From assembly GCA_002633005.1 (NCBI GenBank), contig NMRA01000152.1, positions 702,707 to 766,706 of the forward strand: a stretch of 64,000 nucleotides of DNA. The letters run 5' to 3'. This stretch comes from Phoronis australis. Its lineage: Eukaryota; Animalia; Phoronida. Below the pieces are notes generated by a model that did not search any database, had not been told where the DNA came from, and worked only from the letters and a program-made list of their open reading frames with translations. The position numbers and the translations under genes are program-made. Shown in pieces: positions 1 to 12,039 of this stretch. Numbering within the stretch: position 1 is the first letter of the stretch; each line of letters opens with the position of its first letter.

Positions 1-1
1 A

Positions 2-565
2 TGTAGTAGAATAGTGGAGAATAACTCGACTTAGTAGCAGCGTTGTGTTGTGTTGTGGACAGTCTCGGTCCGTCAGTGAGATGGTTGTATTCAGTAACTA
101 AGTGTGGAACACTCAATTACACTAGTAATGCAACTGGCAGTAGCAAGATGAGGACTGTCTTTATTAGACAAGTGAACCGATTTATATACAAGTTACAAGT
201 ATGTGGGTTGCATGCACTAAACCTTATGATTCAATATCCTACAGGAAAAAACAGGAAGCAACTCTAAAAACTTTCACAACAATCATCTGAACTACTCTGT
301 TGTGTTTGCCATATATGGTAATGGTCAGCTGTCTTTAGGCAATGTTTCTGTGAATGACCATTACGCAATCTTGTTTACTACACAGATCATCAAAACATGT
401 GTGGATGCACCGGATGGGTTGGTCGCTGATTCAGCTAACAGCCAAAACAAGTTTCTATAAACAAAAACAATTGTCTAGTAAAGAAATAATATCAATAAGT
501 AATAACACTATCAAACTAACATACTAAGAATTATATGTATCATGAATGTCACAGATTTCATGACA
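2..565 (-). repeat. Putative 3' LTR of the BEL/Pao element
   Basis: On the minus strand a purine-rich tract GCGGCGCGGGAG is immediately followed by TGTCATG (565), and the segment ends CTACTACA at position 2. It contains TATATAAA (~181-188) followed by AATAAA (160-165). No second LTR copy is in the window to confirm it. Confidence 0.55.
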
Positions 566-2290
566 CTCCCGCGCCGCAAGAAAGCTGAATATTTAGCCAG
601 AATTTTTTGCGTTTTCCATGTAATTTCGCAGTGTATTTTCCGTCAGGATCGTGAGTAATACCATGGTTACGGTAGCTACTGAAATCAAAGGGCGTCTCTG
701 TCGTAGGGTCTTTGATTCCAATCGTTTCAAGGTCCCAGTATTGGGTGGCAGGGTCTGGCTCCTCTTGGAGAATTTTCATACAGGTGATGTTCGCATGAGT
801 GATCGGCGTTCCATTGCATTGTAGACGGGTGGGACCTGACAATAGGTACCCCAGTTTGGAAGCGACGGCCGTTGGTCCTGAACCTCTGATTGTGGTGTCG
901 CCAACGATTGACCAGTAATGATTGGCACCAATCAGCAAACCAATTTCAGTCATCGACTCGGCAGGGGAGTTAATGGGCAAACATTGTAAATAGTAAAAGC
1001 AGTTAACAGTAGTTGGCAAGTAATTCTTCACAGGCATAGAAATTGTTGAGACAATAACAGCAGACAGTTGTACATTACCATGTTGAGTTTTCAGCTCAAA
1101 TGTAGTCATTGGAAGTATCTGGAGTTGGGCATTAGAATCTCCGAAAGTAGATAGGGTGAGCGTTTCTGTAGGAGCGTGGTCTGTGTCAACATTTAGGCGC
1201 TTGGCGGCCCTGACAGTTAGAAACGTTCGTTGTGAACCCTCATCAAATAAAACATTTACCTTAGTCCAATGCCCCTCTCTCTCAATTGTGGCAGCGGCAG
1301 TCTTCAACAAAACTGGCCCTGCTGTGGGTGCCAGGTTCACCTGGGCATCTCGAGTAGTACTCGGTGGGTAGGCAGTGGACGTGACTTCGTTGTTCGGTTG
1401 GCTGGCTTCTGATCTGTTGTCGGGTTTCGGATTTTCTCGCGAAAAGGCAGCACATAACGTGGTGTGGTGCTTGCGATGGCGTATTCGGCAGGTGTGCATA
1501 GACGGCAGTCCCTGGCCTGGTGAGCACCTAAACAATTGAAACACAGTTGGTCTCGGCGGACAATCTCTAGTCGCTTCACAGGGTCGCTGAAGACTCTGTA
1601 GGTGTGTGACGCATGACTCTCTTTGCAAAATGCACATCTTGACGAAGGTCGTCTGGTCGGTGGGTGTTCATGCTTCTTCTGAGGAAAGTGTTTCGCTGGT
1701 CGCAGTGTGTCGCTCACTGCAAAACTTGAAGTGGACGTGTAATGTGCTTCACCTGAAAGGGCCATGGAAGAGTCCCCTTCCATGCTGGCAGAAATATCTC
1801 GGAACAGCGCCATAAGAAGGTCGTTCAGGAAGTTTGACCTTGATCTCTACAAATCTGTGTTTTCACACCTCCAGGGATTTTCTCAAATATAATGGGCACC
1901 AAGATGTCACCATCGGGTCCTCAATCCCCGGATGTATGTCTCAAGGGTGTCACGAAAGTGGCGTAGACTGGCACTAGTTGGTTGGGGGGGGGTTTGATTT
2001 CCCACAGAGCTTTCATATAAGCATTGACCAATACAGTGGATTTTCCATACCTGTCAGCAAGCAGGTCCATGGCTTCTATGCAACTGGCGTTCGTCAGTGG
2101 ATGGCCAGCGATGGCATTGGCGGCGTCGCCGGCAATGTGGGCACGCAGGTACTGTAACTTTTGGACTGGTTCTTGTCCAGAATCGGAGTCGACCGCAGCA
2201 CAAAATGAGTCAGAAAACGACAGCCACTGGAGTGGGTCTCCAGAGAAAATAGGCAGTTGCAGCTTGGGTCATTTAGGGGTTTGATGGAGT
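2..2290 (-). mobile_element. BEL/Pao LTR retrotransposon remnant (gag + aspartic protease, internally deleted, with putative 3' LTR)
   Basis: Minus-strand frames give DUF1759-like gag (PKLQLPIFSGDPLQW..F..AV..QKLQYL..LLADRYG, ~2030-2285), three Cys/His knuckles (CAFCKESH, CFNCLGAH..C, C..RKHHTTLC) and a BEL-type protease motif (VNVLFDEGSQRTF..LLIGANHYW..AVASKLGYLLSGP..YWDLETIGI). Frameshifts are present. No RT, RNaseH or integrase core is visible. Confidence 0.9.
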
Positions 2291-2941
2291 TAAGTGGTTT
2301 GTCTTTTTACGCTTGCAAGTTTTTGTCCTCTTGACCAATTTCCTAGTGAACAACATCACTCAAACACCTAGAAAATGTGTTAAAAGCTTTAGCAGCATAT
2401 CTACAAAAGGTATATGTAAGTACAAAATATGGTGAAAATGATATTTTTGCAACAAATTCAAGTTTGAAGCCCTTCCTGCTTGCATTTCTACAATGCAGTC
2501 AACATTTGAGCTCTGCTAAGGTGCACACTTCAAACGGCTTGTTTATGACAGCCCCTGCCTCATCTACTTCTGTCAAATTTTGTTGGTTCACCTTTGTTTC
2601 AGTCCTGCTGAAAAGTAACACTGCCAACATTCGATGAGCAATGGTTTTAAAGTGAGAATCACTGTCCAATAACTTCTGACATATGATCAAAGACTATAGA
2701 TCTCCATTAAACATTACAAAACCATGTAGTTTATATGGAATTACAACTATACAATGTATCAGGAATATGAAGGAAAACGCCCATAAATTGATGATTTCAG
2801 TAAGATTCCAGGCACAAAATGTGCAGCACCACAAAATTCACACTGTCTCACAGTGTAGCAATGGCCAATTTGGGAGCCAAAACAACCGCACTTTAAACCT
2901 ACGGTCTAGAGCTATTCACAATTTATGATTGGTGTGTGTTT

Positions 2942-3900
2942 TTATTGTGCAAATATAGAACCCGAAGTATTGACGAGTCGAAGTCTGATGGGTTGGTTGA
3001 TTTCTTGCATTAGTGTGGAAGGTTGTGGTACTTCCGTACGCTGACGTGGTGAGCGGTTCACTGGCGTTGAGAATTTCAATTTCTGTCTAGAGAAATTTGC
3101 GCAGTTGGTCAAGGGACATATCAAGATCGCCGTCAGTCCGTCTTGCGATGTTTCGTCCGATTGAAGGGGGAGGCTTGTTTAGCAGCAGGGGAACAAGAAG
3201 ACTGCCGTTAAATGGTTCTATGGCTTGTAGTTGCCTCAATTTCGTCTCTAGGCTGTCATAAAATGAACGGATGCTGGCAAGGTGGCTAGTGGGTGCATCT
3301 GTGCTGGTGATAGATTCGATGAGGGCTGAATTGATTTTTGAGGTAGATCCATACCGGTCTGCAAGAAGCTGGACTGCGATGGTGTAATTGCTATTGTCGA
3401 TTGATAGTCCATCGATATGTGGAAGTGGTTCATCGGTGACGAGAGATTTCAGATATACAAACTTCTGAACATGAGGTAATGACTGACTGTGGACACTGGC
3501 ATCGAATAAATCCCAAAACTGTTGAAATTCCATGATATCACCACTGAACTTTTGTAATTGTAGGGTCGGTAGTCGAAATCCATGGTGAGGCTGCGGCGTT
3601 GTGACAGTTTGAGGTGCGAATGATGGTTGTTCCTGCACTTGTTTGACAGAGTTTTGATGTCAATCAGTTGTTGTTTTATGTCCTCAATGTAGTCAATCGC
3701 TTCTTCGTAGAATGTGTCCAGCTCAGTTTCCGGTGTGAATTGAGCGATTGCGGTATCCAGGTCGGAAAGTGTGTTAAGTGTAGTATTCAAGTTGAAATTT
3801 TCGTCGCTGACGTCTTTCAGTGGGGTATTGCCGAGGCCTTCGTGAATGAAGCTCGGTTGCCTCGTCTTCTGGCTAGCAGTTGTGCCTTACTTTCTGACAT
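2942..3900 (-). pseudogene. Second BEL/Pao gag (DUF1759-like) remnant, frameshifted
   Basis: ATG at 3900 (MSESKAQLLARRRG..), a helical N-terminal part (ORF 3449-3790), then RLPTLQLQKFSGDIMEFQQFWDLFDASVHSQSLPHVQKFVYLKS..YTIAVQLLADRYG (ORF 3087-3638). Confidence 0.85.
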
Positions 3901-3917
3901 AGTGTAGTGAGAAGCAT

Positions 3918-3932
3918 CGAGTCATGCCACCA
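3918..3932 (-). promoter_or_regulatory. Primer-binding site, tRNA-His-like
   Basis: Minus strand reads TGGTGGCATGACTCG, matching 13/15 to the complement of the eukaryotic tRNA-His 3' end (TGGTGCCGTGACTCG). It lies 6 nt after an LTR-like end (AATAAAAACCCACA) and 17 nt before the gag ATG. Confidence 0.6.
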
Positions 3933-4086
3933 AAAAGATGTGGGTTTTTATTGTACAATTAAGATAAAACCCGAGGTGGTTCGTAGAGAAAAATACTTGT
4001 GTTCGGTATGATGTATTAAAAAACTTCTGGTGTGATAGTGTAAAGATATAACATATAACATGCAAGTGAACCTATTCGACCAATCA

Positions 4087-4535
4087 CAAGGTACCTAAAC
4101 TACACGGTTAACGGACTCATAAACGCGGTCACGGACGCATGAACACGACTCACGAACCTGCAAACACCGTCCACTGACTCACAAACACTGGAATGGACTC
4201 ACAAAACACGATCCATTCACCCAAATACATGGGACACGAACTCACATTCACGAAGAAACACGGTTAAGGGACAGCCAAACATGGTGTACGGACAAAATGT
4301 AGATCTCAGCTGACCCAGGAAGCCGATGAGTCCGTGACCCGTGTTTGGCGGTCCGTTAACCGTGGTTCCTCGTGAATATGAGTACGTGTCCCGTGTATTT
4401 GCGTGAATGATCATGTTTTGTGAGTCCGTTCCCGTGTTTGTGAGTCAGTGGACAGTGTTTGCAGGTCCGTGAGTCGTGTTCATTGGTCCATGACTGTGTT
4501 TATGAGTCTGTTAACCATGCAGTTTAGGTACCTTG
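4087..4535. mobile_element. Foldback/MITE with ~205-bp inverted arms
   Basis: Begins CAAGGTACCTAAACT and ends AGTTTAGGTACCTTG. The arms pair over ~4087-4292 and ~4330-4535. Flanks are AATCA and AATCG, a possible 5-bp TSD. Confidence 0.85.
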
Positions 4536-4606
4536 AATCGGAATGTGCGCCAAATATAAAACTAACCAGTGGGGAAGATTAGCTTGGACTGGGATGATTT
4601 GTAAAC

Positions 4607-4738
4607 ATATGTCAAGAGGTAACAACAATAACTTTAAACTGAACATGTACAAGAAATACCTAAGCTAAATATATGTCTAGAGGTAACAATAATAACTTAA
4701 AACTGAACAATAAAATATACAGGAAATACCTAAGCTAA
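4607..4738. repeat. Two-copy ~65-70 bp tandem duplication
   Basis: ATATGTC.AGAGGTAACAA.AATAACTT.AAACTGAACA..GAAATACCTAAGCTAA occurs twice in tandem. Confidence 0.8.
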
Positions 4739-4754
4739 CAAACCTTTAAACCTG

Positions 4755-5258
4755 TCATAAACACATTCCAATAATTGGCGTTTGAAAATTGACCAAGTAT
4801 GCACAAGTCCAAAAAATGTCTTGGACCGTGTCATGCAATGACAGTGGTAAAGTGCTTTGTAAGATTGAAAAGCACTTGATTCTCTGTATTACTCTTTTGA
4901 CGTGGATTCGCACCTCCGCAATACAACGTGTCTCTTCCACCTGTGCAGGTTCCAGCTGTGCAACTTTGCTTTTCCGGAAGGGTGGAATGTTCAGACTGAC
5001 TCCCCTTGGGGATAGCATGTCCGCAATGTCAAACCCCGTCAGTCATAACACATTCGGCTTTCCAGACACAAAATGACAACCACAGACTTTAATGTTTATT
5101 CTTATTTTCCGCATTGTCAAGTCCGCTCACCCAGTCTGTCTCAACCACAGCGATCTCGCATGAGAACTCGCTGGAAACTCGAAAAATCCACACAAATTCC
5201 CACTTTTATTTCTTCTGTGACTGCATCCGACCACACAGCCAAAATCGTGTCCGCTCAT
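4755..5258 (-). mobile_element. ISL2EU/PIF-Harbinger transposase remnant (THAP N-terminus joined by deletion to DDE_Tnp_4 C-terminus)
   Basis: MSGHDFGCVVGCSHRRNK..FFEFP..WLR (THAP start, ATG 5258), then VMTD/GFDIADML..LNIPPF..VEETRCIAEVRIHVKRVIQRIKCFSIL, the typical C-terminal DDE_Tnp_4 segment. The middle is missing and the frame is broken. Confidence 0.85.
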
Positions 5259-5493
5259 CAAAGCACAGATTCTTAAATAAAACAACTTAAACACAAGCAA
5301 ACAACAGAACCAAAACGTAAACAAAGATCAGCTGAATGCCCCTTTCTCGTGTTGTCTCGCATACTCACGCGGGAGTATTGCGTAGTGGTCATATAGAATA
5401 GTTGCCTTGAGATAGCTGACCAGTACCATGTATATTTCAACCACGGTAGGGAATTTCTTACCGATGTTGTCAAAGGTCTTACAGTTGTTTATG

Positions 5494-5800
5494 AGATGAT
5501 TCTAGCACTGAGAAATGTTTCTTGAATTACGATACAGTACTTTGTTCTAGTCGCGCTAAAGTAGTTAGAATAGCAGTTATGACTGTCCCGATTGTAGAGC
5601 AGGCAGGGAAAATCACGCCTGCTCACGGTGCGCCCGGGCTTCGTTCACACCTAACTCACTGTAAGTTCCAGGCACTGAGTCACGCTTAGGCTTACGCCAG
5701 TTTGTCACGGTCAATTTACACCTCACTCTCAGTGGCTGTACTGTAATGTGAAGCAGAAGGCATAGAAGTTGTTAGGTGTACTCCCAATACATACCTAAGG
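5494..5800. repeat. Diverged dispersed duplicate of 7397-7700
   Basis: AGATGATTCTAGCAC.GAGAAATGTTTCTTGAA..GATACAGTACTTTGTTCT..CTGTAATGTGAAGCAGAA..GTTGTTAGGTGTACTC is shared by both copies in the same orientation. Confidence 0.85.
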
Positions 5801-6347
5801 CATTAAGCTTGCTTCAAATGGGTGGTGAAGATAACCATTTTTATGACGTTATCACGTTCAGAGTAAGACAGGCAAATAGGACATGACTGGGTTTTACCAA
5901 GGGTGCAGACATCCAATAAGGCAAATGAATTTAAGATTAATTATATATTAAGCTTTTAGATAGGTTCGCACACAAATAAGTGGGTGAGAATAAATTGTTT
6001 TACTAATATTCAAAAATCATTACCTCAGGCCAGTCTTAAAAATATCTTTGTTTGCCCTTACCCAACCACACTCTGGACGTCAAGGTAGGCAGGTAGGTAG
6101 GTAAAAAAATTTTTGTATTACTTCATACGTCAATTCTGCTTCTCCTTCTTAACCAATGAGGCACACCATCTTCAAGAGTCCTGAGAAATTGACAACTCAT
6201 GTTTGCGATTTTGTTGAAGGATTTTTGCCTGTTTTTTGTAACAGAACAACAAAGTCACCAGTAAGGCTGTGTCATTCACCACGCAAAAGTGTGAAATTTA
6301 TTAAAAAATTCAGAAGAATTTTTTTAGTAAAATTTTCTGAGTTGGTT

Positions 6348-6875
6348 TTAAGCGGGTTGGACCTGTACAGGCAAAAAAACTAGTTCCATTGGAGGAAATT
6401 CCTCACTGAAAGTTACCGAGTCCTTTACTGATGAGTCTGTAATTTCTACCCGAAGTGCAGCATACATGTGATCCGATAAATGTGACGAGTCAGACAGGAA
6501 TAGAGTTCTGGGGGTCAAAGAGTGACCAGGTCTAGGAGTAGCACTTGCTGGCCATCTGGGCATTGGTGGTTTCCTTGCTTTTTTTCTAGCGAATCGAGCA
6601 ACTTCCATTGGTGTAGCGGTCGCAGTAAGAGGATCAGGATGATCCTCAGTTGGTCCTTGACCGCCGACGAAATGCTTTGAACAAATCACAGTGTACTTGG
6701 GTACATTTTCAATGTTGAAGTTCTGGCGGCCACACCGAGCGACCCACAGCATGCACTTTTCCAAGTCGGTATTTAGCTTCGGAAAATTGACGATGAATAC
6801 GCCCTTCATATACTCACGGTGCACGTATCTTTAGTCTGAATTGCATCTTCCATGGCAGCAATGCTTATTTACCAT
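6348..6875 (-). pseudogene. THAP zinc-finger domain remnant (transposon-derived)
   Basis: MVNKHCCHGRCNSD*RY..FIVNFPK..KCMLWVARCGR..VICSKHFVGG..HPDP gives the C2CH THAP signature, with an in-frame stop after CNSD. Confidence 0.85.
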
Positions 6876-7671
6876 TATTAAAGGAGAACTAAGAAATAAA
6901 CGCGATTAAATCTACACAACAAGTACAAGAAAACATGAGGAGTATGGCGATTTTCTTTGTTATTTGCCCCACTTCCGGTCAAATCTCGCACATTCTCGCG
7001 GTGTTTCGTGACTTCGCTAAAGAACTCGCAAAATTACTATTGTTCGCTTCTGTAACAGTCTGTGAGACTTTGTGGAGCAAGTCGCTAAGAAAGCTTTGTC
7101 CAGGGATGCCTTCACTTAATTAAATTTTTCACTCACCCATAGGGGCTGGTGACTAATGAAACCAGTCTCTCCCTCCTCATCATAGGATGGTAATTTCACA
7201 GATAATAACTGTTTTATCTGTACACGCTTCTCTGGCGGCCAATGATTTTTGTGTCCAGCACTTTCAGATGTCGCTTCGCTTACTGTAAAAAGAAGAGAAA
7301 AACAATTCACCATTCTTTACATAATTCATTTATCGCAACGAAAACAAGTGGCAACTGAATGATTTTACTTGTAAACACATTCCCAATTTTTTACTAGATG
7401 ATTCTAGCACCGAGAAATGTTTCTTGAAATGCGATACAGTACTTTGTTCTTGTCGCGAGTGAGAGAAGGCAGGGAAACTCACGCGTGCTCATGGTGTGCT
7501 CACACATCATTCATACCTAACTCACGGTAAGTTCCGGGCACAGTCACGCATAGGCTCACTCTCTGATCTGTCTCCGGTTATGGTCACGCCTAGCCAGACT
7601 GGAGGCAGCCTGGACGAAGTCAAATAATTCACTCGATGTTCTGTAATGTGAAGCAGAAAACATAAAAGTTG

Positions 7672-9265
7672 TTAGGTGTACTCAAAATACATACCTGAGG
7701 CAGTCATTTTTGTCCTTAGATTGGCATTTTCTTCTCTTACCTTGATAACTTGAGCCAGTAGCGACTGGTAAGATGCACACTGTTGACTGTGCCATGGATT
7801 GTGCTTGGGCACCTTGCCAGCCACTGTTGGGTATCCTTTTTTATTCACTACAAAAATTAATTTCAAGTATTAAGAATTAAGAAACAATACATTAGTTAAA
7901 AAATTTTAAAATATACTGTATGCTTAGATTGTTTAACAGTATGGGTTTATTTCTATAAGAATTACAACTAAGAAGCTGGTGTAGCTGTAGAGACGATCAA
8001 TCTGTAATCAGTGACAAAACCAAAACACTATCCTTAGAGTTGAGATAAATCACGTTTTTTTTTCTTCAACCGTTTCTCAGCAGCGATGATGACCTTAGAT
8101 TCAGAAAGGTGGCTAATAGAGGGATATGGTGATGTAGTGAGAATGGTATTCCAGGAAATTATGAGTTTCGCCGTGCTAGGCAATGAAATGAGATGAGACT
8201 ATTGCAGATGGTGACTGGTTTTCGGCAGTGTCAACAGGTGTTGGAGTAAAAATTCCTGAAATGAAGTTAAAAGTGCACAAGATAAAAGTTTTCATATATA
8301 CCGACACAATTAAATGAGAAGCGAATTTTCTGACTGGAGATTTTTTATTGAAAAAATATTCATTGGATCAAATAACAAAGAAATGAAATTATTATTAAGA
8401 GGTCTTCTCTCGGATAAAACTGCTAGTCTAGTCACTAATACTTTTGGTTATACATGACGCATGAAATGTATGAATTTGTCCATGTTCCCAGCCCCGGGAT
8501 TTGGTCAATCGGATTATAACATAGCGCCATAGAGTACTAGCTTCTGTGTGTAAGGAAGGGAACAGAATGTTGGTTTTTGTAAATATGCAACACTTGTGTC
8601 GTATCGGAACGGGATTTGTTGGTTCACGTACTTCTAGCTTCTAGACCTGGCTGTTTTGACAACTGTAACCCTGTGACCTAAATTCCAAACTTGGCTGACC
8701 TCTTTTTTCAAAACAATGAATGCCCCCTGGCAAATAATTATTGAATACTTTAGAGAGTTGTATGTTTCAGTTTTAAAAAAAGTGAAAAGTAGAGAGCATT
8801 CTGATGAAGTGTTGTTGATAATGTATCATAAACCATGGAATATTTTTATGCCTCACTTGATTAATTCATACCCGATTCTGTTGGAGTTTCTAGTCCACTG
8901 AAACTTGGGGTGACAGCTAATAAAGAAACGATTTTCTTGTCTGATTCCTCCAGGGGTTTGGAGCGAGAACCTCCTCCTGTTTTCTTAACTTCTCTTTGCA
9001 GTTGGTTCTGTGAGGCTCTTGCCCCAGACACCATGTGCTTCCACTTTTCTTTTGCATTGTGTGGTGTTCTGTTTGCTGTCCCTAGACTTGTTATTTGTTC
9101 AGCTATCCATTCCCAAACGGAGTTCTTTTCCACCTTCATCACCTTCTCACTAAACTTGCTGTTAATAACTTGTAAGTTTGACTCGGCAAGTTCATTCAGA
9201 AGGTTGCTTTCATTCTGCGTCCAATTACATGACCTTTTTTAGCTTCAGCCTTTTTGTCCGTACCA
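7672..9265 (-). pseudogene. Myb/SANT-like (Harbinger ORF2 / NAIF1-type) DNA-binding protein remnant
   Basis: KKRSCNWTQNESNLLNEL..KFSEKV..KNSVWEWIAEQITSLG..RT..KEKWKHM..KKTGGG (~8900-9240) has the Harbinger-associated Myb/SANT pattern. Downstream exon-like pieces to 7672, ending in a coiled-coil-like stretch, are less certain. Confidence 0.75.
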
Positions 9266-9726
9266 TGGTGACAGGAATTATGGGTATTGCCTTATATGGT
9301 ATCCCATTTGGCTATCTACCGCATAACATAGATATCCGCTGGGTAGTTATCTGAACCATAATCAGTATCTGCTAATGTCTAAGGTATATTCATCCCTACA
9401 TCGGTCAATACTTTGACAATGCCTTGGAAAAGCCATATAACAGTTGCTTCTATTTAGTCTTGAAACATTGAATCATTATAAACGTTTCCTCAGAACATGT
9501 GTTACACTCATTGGCGAAGTTGATTGTTTTGAGACCGGTCTCAAAATACTGAGAGGTGAAATAGGACAAACTCACTTTCTGTGGTTTTACTGTGGTGAGA
9601 GTGGAAGAATGGAGCTCACAAGTTTTAAAAAGCATTATATTCCTTTTATCATACATGGGCATGTCTGTTCAACATATCAGTAATAGTCCCGAGACACTCA
9701 CTGGTAGACTTGAGGTTATCTGCTCC

Positions 9727-11505
9727 TCATAGCCTCGGCCACTTGAAGAGTGTCCACCTCTGGATAGTCTGCCGACAGCGTCTCTGGGGCACTGGACTCT
9801 CTCAAGTCACGCAAGGTCCAGATGATTAACCAAGTAGAGCATGGTCTGGATCAACTTCGAAACATATTCTGTAACAAAGTATAGTAACTGAAGGCTCCTG
9901 ATTGAACCACTTCTCAACCAAAGGATTTGCAAGAAAAATGGACTGGACTATAAATAGTTCTGATGATTTTGCCCATTATACTTTACCATACAACACTAGA
10001 AAATGATTGATTTATTATTTGTCCAGACTGTTACTTAACCAAAGTATTCATAGACAAGAAAATAAGTGAAGTTGTGTGCTGTCTTCACCATGGAGTCATT
10101 GTACACATACATTAACTAAAACAGATTAATTAATATCAATTTTGACAACTAATTCTGAATTTCACCAGTACAAACCATATGTGGCCTCTACTCTTGCAGC
10201 ACGCGCAACGGGTTGACCAGCCTTTCCACGCTGTAAGCTGCTCTTCCACAATAACGATCCATCCTGCTTCCGAGCAAAAGCTTGTCCAGTGTTTTTCCTT
10301 ATAGTAAAGAGCAGCCAAGATGAGTCGGATAAAAATGAATAAGAAGGTATTTGAGACCAGGGAAAACTTCGAATGAACTTTGTAGTGTAATAAAGCAGAG
10401 CTTACTATTTATCTCACTCTACAATAACTAACCACATTGCGTACAAGGAGATAATATCTTGGCGGTGATAAAATTACTATGTTTCTGGATACAATTGCTT
10501 TAATTTGTCTGCTTTTTGTGATGCAAATGCAACTCTAGGTTTATTCATCCATCTGACCATTCAATGAGTAAAAGTAAAAGTCCATGATTCGCATTTAGAA
10601 TTATTATTTTACACGCAGCACATTTCATGGGATCATGGATTACCCTGCTATTCATAGGATGAAAATGGAAGTGACGCATCTTGGGGACAAATTCATTCAC
10701 CACGGCATGAAAAGCTTCCAAAATGCTATTTGGTCATGTGGTGAAAGTCTTTTCACGTCTTTTTCAAGCTGTCGGCTTTCTAGTATCTTCAGTAGCTCCT
10801 CATACTGCTGAGTACCTGTGTAAAAGTTAGATCGCATAAAGTGACTGAGAAACCAAAATGGCACCAACTGTACATGCCAAAAATACTCAGACAAACTGAC
10901 CCGGAATTCCCTGTCTTGGTGGCTGAGCAAAAACAAAAATCAAGGCTGAATACAAAGCGGATTCACCAACAGTGTAGCAGTAGTGACCAGTTGTTGCCAG
11001 TAAGTACATGGAAACCATATTTTGTCTGATTTCTTTTGGCATGCACTGTATGTGAACCGTCGAGGCAAGACACTAGACAATATCTGTTACTGAAAATAAA
11101 CTGGTGATAAAAATAAACGACTAAAAGATGTTTCCCAGTGGCTTTCATGAACAGATACATGACCAGATTCAAATAACCAACAATACTTTTTGATGGTAAA
11201 CCTGGTATAATTGATTAAAAACTTCAAAATTAAACTATACCAAGTTTACCGTCAATAAGTATTTTTATTTCTACTTATATCTATTTCTGGTAACAGCTTG
11301 CCACAATTTTACCAACAATAACTAACCATATCCATCCACTAAGCAAACTCTCAAAGAGCCACTTAAAAACATTACACTTTAAAATTAACCTACCCTTGCA
11401 GACTCAAGTTTCCTTGAAACCAAAGATCGCTGTGGCTTTTGCTTCGGACTCCCAGACAAGGCAGATGCTTTCTGGGAAGGCAGCAGGGTTGGTTTTCGTG
11501 ATCTA
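9727..11505 (-). pseudogene. Multi-exon Kolobok/Mutator-like DDE transposase pseudogene (mainly C-terminal half)
   Basis: Exon-like pieces read ICLVWES (~11450), YEELLKILESRQLEKDVKRLSPHDQ/LEAFHAVVNEFVPK (~10690-10815), RLILAALYY.ENTGQA..DG..VEATY (~10178-10330) and EYVSKLIQ..APETLSADYP..AMRSR* (9727-9868). This order matches an invertebrate/fish transposase family I associate with Kolobok; the family name is from recall. Confidence 0.6.
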
Positions 11506-12039
11506 GGATGAAGTGAAGGAACATTGCCAGGAAGTAAGCGAATACGACTGCAAAACATAAGTCACATTCAAGTAGTAACAAGAAACAAATACCCGAGTTT
11601 TAAAAGCTGAACTGAGCCTGCGGTATAATCAACCAGGATCATGTAGACAAAAGCATGTTTTGCAAGACGCAAGGGTTCAATATGCCTCCTTTATTTGCAT
11701 TTCAGTCCTGTAACAAAGTGTACTGGATGATAAGAACCATCTCAGAAAAAAGCGCATTGATTTTCTTACCACTCACAACAGGCATCACATTACTATCCTC
11801 AATACACTATTACCTGTTACAACCACGATTCCAACAAAACTACAATAGGCCCCCCCTATACATTTCAATAAGGCAGATCGGTTCATCTCGGGTACTGGAT
11901 TACCAGTGTGAGATTTCGTGAGACTTCAGTTCAGCGTGCTTTGTGAATAGTCCAGCAGTGAAAAAGTCTTCATAAATAACAGCAAATTACTCCTGTGAAT
12001 ATGCCCGCAAGGTGTTGTGTACCTTTATGTGTTAAAAAA

